NCBI RefSeq assembly: GCF_902713615.1
Contig: NW_024055482.1
Span: 1-64,000, forward strand
Reading direction: 5' to 3'
Source of the DNA: Scyliorhinus canicula
Taxonomy: Eukaryota
Length of the DNA: 64,000 nucleotides
Below are positions 35,543 through 47,379 of this stretch, piece after piece. How positions within the stretch are numbered: position 1 is the first letter of the stretch; each line of letters starts with the position of its first letter. A program made the position numbers and the translations under genes. A model generated the notes under the pieces. That model saw only the letters and a program-made list of their open reading frames with translations. It did no database searches and had not been told where the DNA came from.

Positions 35543-36591
35543 TTCGATGAGGTTTCCCGTTGGTCAAACCGCATGTTTTCTTCATTTCTTTGCGGCGGAG
35601 ACAGCGGGATTCATTCACATTGTGTTTGCTTTGAGAAGCTGAGCTCAAACTGCATGGAACCAATACGTTCCCGAGAAGCTTGTCTATGTGTGGGCATTCA
35701 CATTTCTCCTGACTAATTCTGGTGGACTCAGACAGCTCTTTGTCCCTTTCATTTCATCAGTTCAACAACTTCAGACTGTGAACTCTCACTTCCCCCTCCA
35801 CCACATGTTTTTTCCATCAACTTATCATTCCTTACATTGATATGTTTTACCCTAAGCATTGCCCACCTCCCCCCAGCCCATACCATCCTACTTCAGCAAT
35901 CTGATCCCTGTTTGTAATTGTTCTCTGACACACTGCTTACCTTTGTTCTGCCAATAACACATTCTGACCGCTTGATGCGCCATCAGCACCTTTCATAGCC
36001 TTGATTAGCCTCATTTACATTCCCTTTTTCTTTCTGCCCGAGACATTTTCGTCATTTCCCACCTATTGCTAGCCCTCTATCGAGGCCCAATACAGCACTC
36101 CACCACCCCCACCCCCCACCCACAATCGTCTGAATCTCCAATTCCAGTTCTCCAGCTTTGACAAAGAGTCCACTTGATTGGAAACGACAGCTGCCATTTC
36201 GCTCCCCAGAGGCTGTCAGACCTGCTGAGATTATCGAGTATTTTCTGTTTTTGTTTCCGTTTGAAGCATCCGCAGTAAGTTGCATTTGTCATACATTTAG
36301 ACATGTTTGAGATGGTGATTAAATATGTTCATTTGTAAATCGCTGAAACTCTGTTGTGGATGAACTAGCTGCTAATATCCGAGGTGTGCCAAGATATGAA
36401 AATTGTTCACCTCTCATTGCCTGCCGAAAATTCAGTGCTTGGGCCTTAATGTTCAATTCAGTGTAGTGGCTCATGTGAGACGAAATTTCATCGTCCTGGA
36501 ACACAGGAGATTCCGGCACATTCAGGAAACAGAATTATTTTGTGCCCAATAATTGTGCAAACTTTTCTCACACGAAATGCTAAATATTCGA

Positions 36592-36664
36592 TGTTTTTGC
36601 CCGGTTTCGAACCGGGGACCTTTCGCGTGTGGGGCGAATGTGATAACCACTACACTACAGAAAC
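36592..36664 (-). tRNA. trnV-CAC: tRNA-Val(CAC), probably impaired
   Basis: Val scaffold with U33->C and an acceptor-stem mismatch (3' strand CAAAAAC). Confidence 0.82.
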
Positions 36665-37900
36665 CGCTGTCAATCAATGGACGTGCGGAATGTACAACCT
36701 CACTGTGTTGCTGCAGATTCTGATGGTCTGTTTGAGAGGCCAGGTCCCTTGTTGCAAGCGAAAGCTGTTTCTTAAATTAACAGATGTCTCAACATATAAA
36801 GCCGTGAGATGTAGAAATTATATCGAAATTAACATAAGTTATATTTTGCTGAATTTCGGTCTCAAATTTGTGCTCGAGGTCTGGTTCTCGTTTAAGGATT
36901 TTCAAGCAATGCCTATGGGAGTGGTCGTGGGTTTAAATCCAGGACAGGCTCTTTACTCCAGGTCAGGGATTACGAATTGTTTGCGATGCTGACGGCAGGA
37001 TTGATTTACATTGGCCCACTCTGAAAAAGATTTCTCAGGACTCGGAATGTTTACGTCGTTTCTCTCCCCACAGATGATGTTCGAGAGAGAGAGAGAGAGA
37101 GAGACAGTGTCTGAGCTGGAGTGCGTTTGGATAAAATTGATGCTCCAGATCTGTGTTAACCACAGGGGCGTGACCCATCTAATCCACAGAGCCAAAGTGG
37201 AGAATTGAACTGACTGGAGAGCTGGATCTTAACGCTGACCTCCCGGACCTCGGCGTTGTGAAATGTTCCAAAGAAGCTCAACAGCCACTCGAGGAACAGC
37301 AGCGCATCTTTCCACTGGGCTCAATACAGCTTTCACACTCAGTGTGTGTTCAGCAGTTTCACACTGTAAATGCTGCCCCCATTTTGTGTGTCCTTCCATC
37401 GCAGATTTGGGTTTCAATCTTGTTTCCACTTGTTCTTTGTGTCCGGGCGGTAGTTGTTGATCAATCTGCCATCGATAGCTCCTCAAGACATATCTTTTGC
37501 TTCTTTATTTCTTCCATTGCGCTAACAGAGAGCTGGCACAGACACGGCGGCCGGAATGGCCTCATACTGTGGTGTCATTATTCTCTGATTCGATGCTAAC
37601 CTCACTCTGTGGCCAGGGTCCCAAGGCCTTTTCTCATTTAATCTCTCCTGACTTGCCCCCCATTAGAGCCCTTTCCTGTTGTTCTGTTTCCTCCCTCCGG
37701 GATTTCACTTGCTTCTAATTTTCTACATTTCTAACCTTTCCAGGTTTCAATGGAAGGTCAAGGAGGTGAAATATGAATATTGTTTCCCTGTCCACAAATG
37801 CTGCCTGACTGCCTGAGATTTCCCAGCATTTTCCGCAGATATCTGATTGGCTGTGGATGGCAATGAAAGTGTCTGTTGGCTCAATCAAGTCGCTCCTACT

Positions 37901-37990
37901 GGCTTGTTGGTCTAGGGGTAAGATTCTCGCTTCGGGGTTTGTGCCGCAGGAAAATGTGAGAGGTCCCGGGTTCAAATCCTGGGCGAGCCC
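37901..37990 (+). tRNA. trnP-CGG: Intron-containing tRNA-Pro(CGG)
   Basis: GGCTTGTTGGTCTAGGGGTAAGATTCTCGC TT CGG G [GTTTGTGCCGCAGGAAAA] T GTGAG AGGTCCCGGGTTCAAATCCTGGGCGAGCCC. Changes are mostly G-U wobbles; the intron boundary is unambiguous at 37/38. Confidence 0.85.
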
Positions 37991-38199
37991 TTTGATGTTG
38001 TTTCTTATTGGCCAAGCTGCCGATTTTGTTCATTTCTTTCCGGTGCAGGCAGCGGGATCGGTTCACGTTGGGTTTGCTTTGAGAAGCTGAGCTCACACTG
38101 CAGGGAATCAATACGTCCCCGAGAAAATCGAAACATTTTCAAAAAGCTTGACTATGTGAGTGGGCATTCCCTTATCTCTATTCACTAATCCAGGTGACC

Positions 38200-38810
38200 C
38201 CATGATGGTGGATTCAGGCAGCTGTGTGTCTGTTTCATTTGATTCATTCGAGGATGTGAATATCGCTGGCGAGGCCACGATTTATTGCCCAGAACTCTTT
38301 GCCCTTGAGAAGGTGATGGTGAGCTGCTTCCTGAACCGCTGCAGTCTATTGGTGTAGGTACACCTACAGTGCTGTTAGGGAGGGACTTCCAGGATTATGT
38401 CCCAGTGACAGTGAAGGCAGAACCGATATATTTCCAAGTAATAATAATCTTAATTATTGTCACAAGTCGTCTTGCATTAATAACGCAATGAAGTTACTGT
38501 GAAAATGGTCAGCATGGTCACCTGGAAGGAAACTTTCACGGTGTCGGGGTCTTGGGTTTGGAAGGCGCTGTCTAAGATGCTTTTGGTGAGTTCCTGCAGC
38601 CATCCAGGCAAGTGGAGAGTATTCCATCACACTCCTGACTTGTGCCTTCTGCTGGTGGACAGGTTTTGTGGAGTTAGGAGGCGAGTTACTCGCTGCAAGA
38701 TTTCCAGCACTCCTGACTTGTGCCTTGTAGATGGTGGGCAGGCTTTGTGGGGTTAGGAGGTGAGTTACTCGCTGCAGGATTCCCAGCCTCTGACCTGCAT
38801 TTGTCGACAT
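38200..38810 (-). mobile_element. Rearranged LINE RT C-terminal fragments
   Basis: AGQRLGILQRVTHLLTPQSLPTIYKAQVRSVMEYSPLAW motif, partly duplicated. Confidence 0.7.
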
Positions 38811-38963
38811 TGAACAAACTGTTAATATTTGTGCCGAGTCAAAATAGGAGCATCTGTGTTCCAGCTCAGCGTGTCGGCAATTTTCAGCACATCTGCTTCT
38901 CCTGAATGCATTTTAAGGTACATGTCTGAGCAACTGACACATGCTTGTAAGTTATTATATTCG

Positions 38964-39370
38964 GGTAATATTGGATTCACTGGGGGAGTGGCTGGTGGGT
39001 GAATAGTGTAACTGGCTCTGGACCAGGTAATATTGGACAGTGGATTCACTGGGGGAGTGGCTGGTGGGTGAATAGTGTAACTGGCTCTGGACCAGGTAAT
39101 ATTGGACAGTGGATTCACTGGGGGAGTGGCTGGTGGGTGAATAGTGTAACTGGCTCTGGACCAGGTAATATTGGACAGTGGATTCACTGGGGGAGTGGCT
39201 GGTGGGTGAATAGTGTAACTGGCTCTGGACCAGGTAATATTGGACAGTGGATTCACTGGGGGAGTGGCTGGTGGGTGAATAGTGTAACTGTCTCTGAACC
39301 AGGTAATATTGGACAGTGGATTCACTGGGGGAGTGGCTGGTGGGTGAATAGTGTAACTGTCTCTGAACCA
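38964..39370. repeat. 69-bp minisatellite (~5.8 copies)
   Basis: Unit GGTAATATTGGACAGTGGATTCACTGGGGGAGTGGCTGGTGGGTGAATAGTGTAACTGGCTCTGGACCA; starts at 39026, 39095, 39164, 39233, 39302. Confidence 0.96.
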
Positions 39371-40865
39371 GTAAAGCAGAGAACCAGGCTGAAGCTCTGG
39401 GGACCGGGGTTCCACACGGCAGATTCACTCAGCGACCCAATTCAAGGGCAATTCAGGATGGGTGTAAATGAATAATGAAAATGTCAATCATGTAACTTTT
39501 CCACACACGGAAACCAATGGGGTTTGATAATGTTTCTGTGCGGGTTTAAACCGAAGGCCTTTATGTGTGTAAAACTCTAACAAAAATATAGACATTGAAC
39601 AGAGCAAATCGATTAGTCTCAATGTCCTTCTCTCTCTCTGTGATCTTGAAGTTTCTCCGTTCCAATTAATCTTCCTATTTGCTTTTGAAAAAGGAGTTTC
39701 TGCAGAATCCTTGCTCAGTTCGATTTAATGAAAACATTCCCATGGTCCAATGACCAGAAGATTTGGACATGAAGATGGCGTAGTTTACGATATAAACATT
39801 ACGTAATCATGCAATTGGTTTCATAATGAATTTACAAAAGTGTATTTTCTGCTGAAGCATCGTCATTATTTCGGAGTTGATAACAATCTAATTACATTTG
39901 ATCTACATCCTGTTTACAGAGTCTGTCTATTAGAGAGGGAAAGGATTTGTGAAGCTTAACAAAGCCTTCTAGAGATCACTTTGCTGAAGTAGTTTACTTT
40001 ATTTGATTTCAAATTAATTTTAAAATGTAGAAATGTGAGCTCAGCAAATATCTCCGGGTGAAATGGTTTCCTCTCATTCAATAATAACATCATTCTTATG
40101 TTCCTTCGAAAAATATCAAACAAATTTACTCAGGATTTGTTCCATTACTCAAAACTTGATATTATGTGATATTTATCTCCTCACCTGAAATTGAGACTCT
40201 CTGAAATATACAACATTTAATTGCAAACATGAATGACGAAGAAAATAAATCGAGTCACTGGGTAATACAAGTTCCCTTGTTTTCATTTGAGATTGACCAT
40301 AGTTAGTTTTTAAACACAAATACCTTCACAGGTCAGAGATTTAAGAATGATATGTTCATTATATTTGACCCTCTTTGCTCTGGATATGAAATATTCTGCT
40401 GCCTAAATCCCGTTCATGTATAAGAAAGGAGGTGTGACAGCAAATCCACACTGAGCTTGGATTTCCTCATCTCCCTGAGTGGCTTTTCCACCCGATTTTC
40501 AAGAAGGTGGTTCAGTTAAATTTCTGCCATTTCCTCTAATTCAGTTACAGTATCGTTTGTGTCTGTCTGTATGAGCATACATTACTATTTGATCTGTTTC
40601 AGATGGTGATTTAAATTGTTTATCTCCATCTGAAAATCTATTAAATTCTGTTGTGGACTGAACAAACTGAGAATATCCAAACTGTGTCAAAATGCGATCA
40701 TCTTTTTCTGATCTTTGCTTCTTCAATATTCACTACCTCCGACTTCTCTGAATGAAGTTTGAGGCTGAGGAGGCCAAATATATATCTAATACATGGGATT
40801 CAGATGACATGTGAAACAATCGCATGTGATGCAAACTTTCCTCAAACTAAGCGAGAAGTATTCGA

Positions 40866-40939
40866 TGTTCCTGCCCAGTTTTGAATGGAGGACATTTTGC
40901 GGCGTTAGATGAACGTGATAACCACTGCCCTGCAGAAAC
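40866..40939 (-). pseudogene. tRNA-Val(AAC) pseudogene in an old diverged array-unit relic
   Basis: GTTTCTGCAGGGCAGTGGTTATCACGTTCATCTAACGCCGCAAAATGTCCTCCATTCAAAACTGGGCAGGAACA. Flanks at 40600-41030 resemble the Val flanks of the array unit. Confidence 0.75.
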
Positions 40940-41061
40940 AGGTGGCAGCGGAGCAGCCAGTGGACCTGTGCTATGTTCAACTGCAGTGTCGTGCTGCAGC
41001 TTCCAGTAAGGCTGAAAGGCCATGTCACTTATTACTCTCCTCTACCTTCCCCACATGTTTA

Positions 41062-41365
41062 TTTAGAACATAGAACAGTACAGCACAGAACAGGCCCTTC
41101 GGCCCTCAATGTTGTGCCGAGCCATGATCACCCTACTCAAACCCACGTATCCACCCTATGCCCATACTTTTATTAGGACACTAAGGGCAATTTATCATGG
41201 CCAATCCACCTAACCCGCACATCTTTGGACTGTGGGAGGAAACCGGCACGCACACAGGGGGAGGACGTGCAGACTCCACACAGACAGTGACCCAGCCGGG
41301 AATCGAACCTGGGACCCTGGAGCTGTGAAGCATTTATGCTAACCACCATGCTACCCTGCTGCCCC
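41062..41365 (-). mobile_element. Young SINE
   Basis: Same subfamily as 20770. Confidence 0.86.
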
Positions 41366-41755
41366 AAAATTTCTTTTTCTTTTTTTAACATATATATTTA
41401 AACTCCATATCAAAGAGCTTTCAATACTAATGTGCTAGAATTCAAGCAATGCTCACAAATAAAACCTGAAGCAAAGAGCCACTATTGAACATTTACAATT
41501 AGAATTTTCTCTAGCAATTGGTTTAATATAGGCAACTCAATCAAAATAACACTTTGACATTTGCATTTCATTTCTACAATTTACTCTGCCCACTTGGAAT
41601 AAACACTGAAAGTTAAAATTTTTTACAAGATGAAAAAAAGTATGAAAATTTCTAAACACTTTGGTCACACTATGTGTTCCAATTGGTATACTTCAATTAT
41701 ATACGTTGGGTTTAAGTATACACTTTTTATTTCTAGCAACATTTTCATTACTTCC

Positions 41756-42497
41756 TGTAGGGGGACATTTTCTGATACTGGACCATGATATAAATTATAT
41801 TTGTAACTACATTGTGCTCCAATATTACTTTTGAATAGTTCTGATGAGACAAAAGTTGTTCATTGGCTAAGATGCCTGTTTATAAGGGGCAATTTGTAGA
41901 AATAGATACTGTATACACAATGCTTGTTAATATCAGAAAGTACACAAAATGGCTGTTCGCTATTAAAGCAATACTAAAGACACAAAATGGCCGAACCAGC
42001 CACATTCCTGAACAATAAGTTACAAACTGTGTAAACCGCCTCATGAGAACCAAGCGTGGGTACTTATAGGGCGTATCTCAATAGCTGCTGATAACAGCTT
42101 CACAGAACAAGGAATACAATGTATCCATAATAGATCAAGGTCTCCAGCTGTAGATAGGACATATCCTTGTGTTCGTTTTGAATGACTTCTGTATGAAGTT
42201 AGGGGTAGGTAAGACAACACCCACTTTAACCATATATGTGATAACTGGAATGCTAAGAAAATTGATTGATTGCATATAATGAATTGTGACACGAATATAG
42301 TTGATTGATTGTCTGTAAATGAGAATACAACTAATTCCGCCCCTTGAATCTGTATATGAACCCAATGCGAACCTTAGCTCAAGTGAGAAAGAGTATTGCG
42401 AGACTGCGTAGTCTCCAAATCTTTCTCCCAGATCTGAAATAAACTGTTTCTTTACTTACTCAAACAGGCCTTTGTGTGAATATCTCCAGCTCTAACA
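41756..42497 (+). mobile_element. Solo LTR (742 bp) with 5-bp TSD
   Basis: Starts TGTAGG and ends TAACA; CTTCC at 41751-41755 and 42498-42502; AATAAA ~55 bp before the end. Confidence 0.8.
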
Positions 42498-43479
42498 CTT
42501 CCATTGACGTCTCTACCCTTACCATTGTCTCTCTCTCTCTCTCTCTCTCCCCCCCCCCCACCCCACCCCACGACACACACACACCACTTGGGTAATCTGC
42601 TCCCTGTTCCTAGTCTTCCTCTGACACACTGCTTACTTTTGTTCTGCCGTTAACACATTCTAATCTCTTAACGTCCACTATCAGCACCTTTCTTAGTGTT
42701 GTAAGAAGTCTTACAGCACCAGGTTAAAGTCCGGCAGGTTTGTTTGGAGTCACTAGCTTTCAAAGCGCAGCTCCTTCATCAGGTGAGTTTCTTAGCCTTG
42801 ATCACCCCCATTCGCATTCCCTTTTTCTTTCCGTCCAAGACATTTTAGTCATTCTTCACCTATTGCTGGGCCTCTATCCAGTCCCAATCCCCACGAAACC
42901 TCTGCCCCTCTCTCCCCTTCCATCCACCACCCCCGCCCCACCCACAATAGTTTAAATTATGACCCTGTTTCCAGTTCTCCAGCTTTGACAAAGCGTCACC
43001 CAGACTCGGAACGAGAGCAGCCATCTCGCTCCCCAGAGGCTGTCAGACCTGCTGAGATTGTCCAGTATTTTCCGTTTTTGTTTCTGATTGAAGCATCCGC
43101 AGTAAGTTGCTTTTATCTTACAATTAGATATGATTGACACAGTTATTTTGTTCATCTGCATCTGTTAATCCATTAAATACTGTTGTGGATGAACAAACTG
43201 CGAATATCCGAACTGTCTTAAAGCAGGGAAATCTTTGTCAGCTCATTGCTTCTGGATAATTCAGTACTTCAGACTTTACTGAATCAATTTTTGTGGCTTG
43301 TCCAATAATAACAGTGAGAGTCTCAGTGGGACAATCAGACAATAATAGTGGAGATGGGGCCCAGAGGAGAAACAACAAAGGATTCATTCACTTTGAGTGT
43401 AACAAACACAGTATATTTCCAGTAAGAAGTCAGACTGCAGTGTGTGAGTGAACATATCATTATATCCAATGTAGAATTA

Positions 43480-43790
43480 TAAGAGTCTCCTCAGTGCAGA
43501 AGGGGGCCATTCGGCCCATCGAACCTGCACCTGAGCTAAATCGCTGACTTTTGAAGCAGACCAAGCAGGCCAGCAGCACGGTTCGATTCCCATACCAGCC
43601 TCCCCGGACAGGCGCCGGAATGTGGCGACTAGGGGCTTTTCACAGTAACTTCGTTGAAGCCTACTCGTGACAATAAGCGATTTTCATTTCATTTAATTTC
43701 ATATGAAATATCACCCTACCTCGGCCAATCTAGGGTGGCATGGTAGCACAGTGGGTAGCACTGTTGCTTCCCAGATCCAGGGTCCCAGAT
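43480..43790. mobile_element. Cluster of SINE fragments (includes a SacSINE-like body)
   Basis: GGCGCCGGAATGTGGCGACTAGGGGCTTTTCACAG body plus a short HE1-like head at 43730-43790. Confidence 0.65.
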
Positions 43791-44339
43791 AATAACTCTG
43801 TTACTGTTATCATTAGACAATAATAGGAGGGCAAGATGCAAGGTAGCAATGATAATTTGATGTTTCTGTGTTTATAGTCAGTGTCACTGGGAGGTGTGTG
43901 ACAAAATAGGAATGGAAACATCATGGCAGAGGCACGTGTGACTGACTCCACCTGATTCAGAACTGTTCTACCCAAGGTAAGTGCAATGAGGACATGGGGA
44001 ACTCCAGAGATTTCTGGTATCTGAGCTGCATCTGTAGAGGAACTGAAATCATTCTCGTGGTTCTTGATTTATAGTCGCACAGGAAATATATCTGACAGCT
44101 AAAACCAAAGTTTAAATCTTCTCTTTGAGACACATTGTGACTGAAAGGATCAAATGTTAAAACATCAGGAGAGGAAAATTCAGACTGTCACAAAGGGCAT
44201 CATTGCTACCTCACAGCACCATGGACCCTGGTTCAATTCCGGCCTTGGGTGACTGTCTGTGTGGAGTTTGCACTTTCGCCCAGTGTCTGTATGGGTTTCC
44301 TACCACCATTCAAAGATTTGCAACTTAGGTGGGTTGGTC

Positions 44340-47300
44340 TTTTTTTTTTTAATAATTTTTATTCAAATTTTCACAATATATCAATAACAAAATACAAAAA
44401 GAAGAAAGAGAACAACCCCCCTCCCATATGTACAGAAAGAAAGAAATTAGCACCCGCCATTGACATTGAGCAAATATACACACCGCTTCAAAGCAAAACA
44501 AAAAGACGACACCACCCCCCGGATTGCTGTTGCTGTTGGCCTTCTTCTACCGTTCTGCCAGGAAATCTATGAATGGTTGCCACCTCCCGAAGAAGGCCTG
44601 CAACGATCCCCTGAGGGCAAATTGCACCCTCTCCATTTTAATAAACCCCGCCATGTCATTGATCCAGGCCTCCACGCTTGGGGGCCTCGCATCCTTCCAC
44701 TGAAGAAGAATCCTCCGTCGGGCTACCAGGGACGCAAAGGCCAAAATACCGTCCTCTTTCGCATCCTGCACTCCTGGCTCCTCTGCAACCCCAAATATTG
44801 CGAGCCCCCAGCCCGGCCTGACCCTGGATCCCACCACCCTCGACATCGTCCTCACTACGCCCTTCCAAAAGTCCTCCAATGCTGGACATGCCCAAAACAT
44901 ATGAGTGTGATTCGCTGGGCTCCCTGAGCATCTAACACACCTGTCCTCACTCCCAAAAAACCGGCTCATCCTTGTCCCAGTCATGGGAGCCCTATGCACC
45001 ACCTTAAATTGTATGAGGCTGAGCCTCGCGCAAGAAGAGGAGGAGTTCACCCTTCCTAGGGCGTCCGCCCACGTCTCCTCCTCGATCTCCTCACCCAACC
45101 TGTGCCATCTCCATTGCCCCCAAATTTTGAGGGTAGCCTCCACCACCGGGCTCGTGGTATACCTCGTTGGAGGGAGCGGCAGCGGTGCCGTTACCAGCGC
45201 CTCCAGGCTTGTGTCCACACAGGACGCCATCTCCATCCTTTTCCAGGCTGCCCCCTCCCCCTCCATCACCCATCTGCGCACCATCGCCACCTTGGCAGCC
45301 CAGTAATATCCACAGAGGTTGGGCAGCGCTAGCCCCCCCCCCCCCCCCCCCCCCACATCGCTCCAGGAACACCCTTCTCACCCTCGGGGTTCCCTGCGCC
45401 CGCACAAACCCCATAATACTCCTATTAACCCGCCTGAAGAAGGCCTTTGGGATAAGAATGGGGAGGCACTGGAACAGGAACAGAAATCTTGGGAGCACCG
45501 TCATCTTGACTGATTGCACCCTACCCGGCAGCTACAGCGGCAACATGTCCCACCTCTTAAACCCCTCCTCCATTTTCTCCACCAGCCTCGTGAGGTTAAG
45601 CTTGTGCAAGGCCCCCCAACTCCTGGCCACCTGAACCCCCAAGTACCTGAAGCTCCTCTCCTCCCTTTTTAGTGGGAGCTCATCAATCCCCCCCCCCCCC
45701 CCGGTCCCCTGGGTGAACTACGAACAACTCGCTCTTCCCCATGTTGAGCTTATCCCCTGAGAAGTCCCCAAACTTCCTGAGAATCCTCATCACCACCGGC
45801 ATCCGCTCCACCGGGTCTCCCACATACAACAACAAGTCATCCGCATAGAGCGACACTCGGTGCTCTACCCCAACCCGCACCAGCCCCCTCCAGTTCCTCG
45901 ACTCCCTCAACGCCATGGCCAGGGGTTCAGTTGCCAGCGCAAAGAGCAGGGGGGAACAAGGGACATGCCTGCCTCACCCTCGGTATAGCCGAAAATACTC
46001 CGACCTCCTCCTATTCGTGGCCACACTCGCCACTGGGGCCTCATATAACAGCCTCACCCACCTGACGAACCCCGCCCCAAACCCGAACCTTTCCAGCACC
46101 TCCCACAAGTAGCCCCACTCAACCCTATCAAAGGCCTTCTCCGCATCCATCGCCGCCACTATCTCCCGCTTCCCCTTCTATCGCTGGCACCATTATTACA
46201 TCAAGAGCCTCCGTATGTTAGTATTCAACCGCCTCCCTTTCACGAACCCCGTTTGATCCTCATGAATAACCTGCAGCACACAGTCCTCTACCCTTGTGGC
46301 TAAAATCTTCACCAGCAACTTGGTGTCTACATTTAAAAGTTATCAGGCCCCCCGCCTCCAAATGTGGAATCCGGCCCAAAATGCACCGCATGAAACCCGC
46401 ATCGACGCATCGAACGACACCCTCTTTCCCACCAGGATCGCCACCCTCCCCGATTTTTTTGTATCCGGCCCTCGAATGAAACACCTGGCCTACCCATCCC
46501 TTCCGCAATCGAACCTGATCCGCCACCAGGTGCGTCTCCTGAAGCATGACCACATCCACCTACAGCCCTTTCAGGTGCGCAAACACGCGGGCCCATTTGA
46601 CCGGCCCATTCAGTCCCCTCACATTCCAGGTTATCAGCTGGATCAGGGGGCTACCTACTCCCCTCCCCCGCTGACTAGCCATACCCTTCCTCAGCCCACC
46701 ACGTGCCCGCGCCCCCCTGCTCGGCCCATTCCCCACGGCGGCAGACCCCCATCCCGACCCCTCTACCTGCTCCAGCTCCCTCTTGGCCATTCCAGCAGCA
46801 ACCTGGTACCCCCCTCCCCCCTTTCCCCTGCTAGTACCCCCCCCCCCCCCTAGCTGCATTGCTCCCTACATTGCACTCCTGTAAGTCAGCTGACTCCTGC
46901 TGACCACGGCCACTCCCGGCACTAAGGTCTTGTCCTCATTTTCGGAGACCTTTTGTCAGACCTCTCGGATCGCCACCCCCTGGGCCGTCTGGGTCTCCAG
47001 CAGCTTATCAATTGAAGCCTTCATCGGCTCCAGCAGCTCCGCTTTAAGCTCCCTGAAGCAGCGCTGAAGAGCCTCCTGTTGCTCCTGCACCCACTGCATC
47101 CACGCTGCCTGGTCTCCGCCACCTTGTGCTTCTTCCCTCGCACCTGCTTTGGCTTTGCTACCACTTTTTTACACGCCCCACTCCTGGCCCAGGCCATACA
47201 CTGCTGGGGAAATGTTGCTGACTCCTTCCCACGTCGGGAAACGTCCAAAAAGTACCGCTGGGGGCCCTAAGAAGAGCCCAAAGGTCCGTTCCTAGCGGGA

Positions 47301-47346
47301 GCTGCCGACGGTGCGACTTAGCTCCGCATAGTTGCAACCGGAAGTC
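44340..47346 (-). mobile_element. L1-clade LINE, internally deleted and frameshifted
   Basis: Poly-A tail and AATAAA at ~44340-44365; RT (DAEKAFDRVEWGYLW, SLYADDLLL); APE endonuclease (LITWNVRGLN...LQETHL); ORF1 N-terminal piece and 5' UTR to ~47346. Confidence 0.9.
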
Positions 47347-47379
47347 CAGGAAGCAGCTTATGCTACGTGAAGAGTATAA

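Larger units (their letters stand above)
29953..38190 (+). repeat. Segmental duplicate (block B) of 145-~18480 (block A)
   Basis: Same order and orientation: SINE, V pseudogene(-), SINE, tRNA-Thr, V pseudogene(+), Rex-like LINE, tRNA-Asn, truncated V, array. It has fewer array units than block A. Confidence 0.95.

Noticed and set aside
38964-39370. Regularly spaced repeats resembling a CRISPR array
   Set aside because: Head-to-tail minisatellite with no unique spacers, in a vertebrate genome.
43280-43985. Possible decayed V FR3 (DSFTLSVTNTVYF) and a leader-like exon ending AAG/GTAAGT
   Set aside because: Too short and degenerate; in-frame stops, no Cys/Trp landmarks and no RSS.
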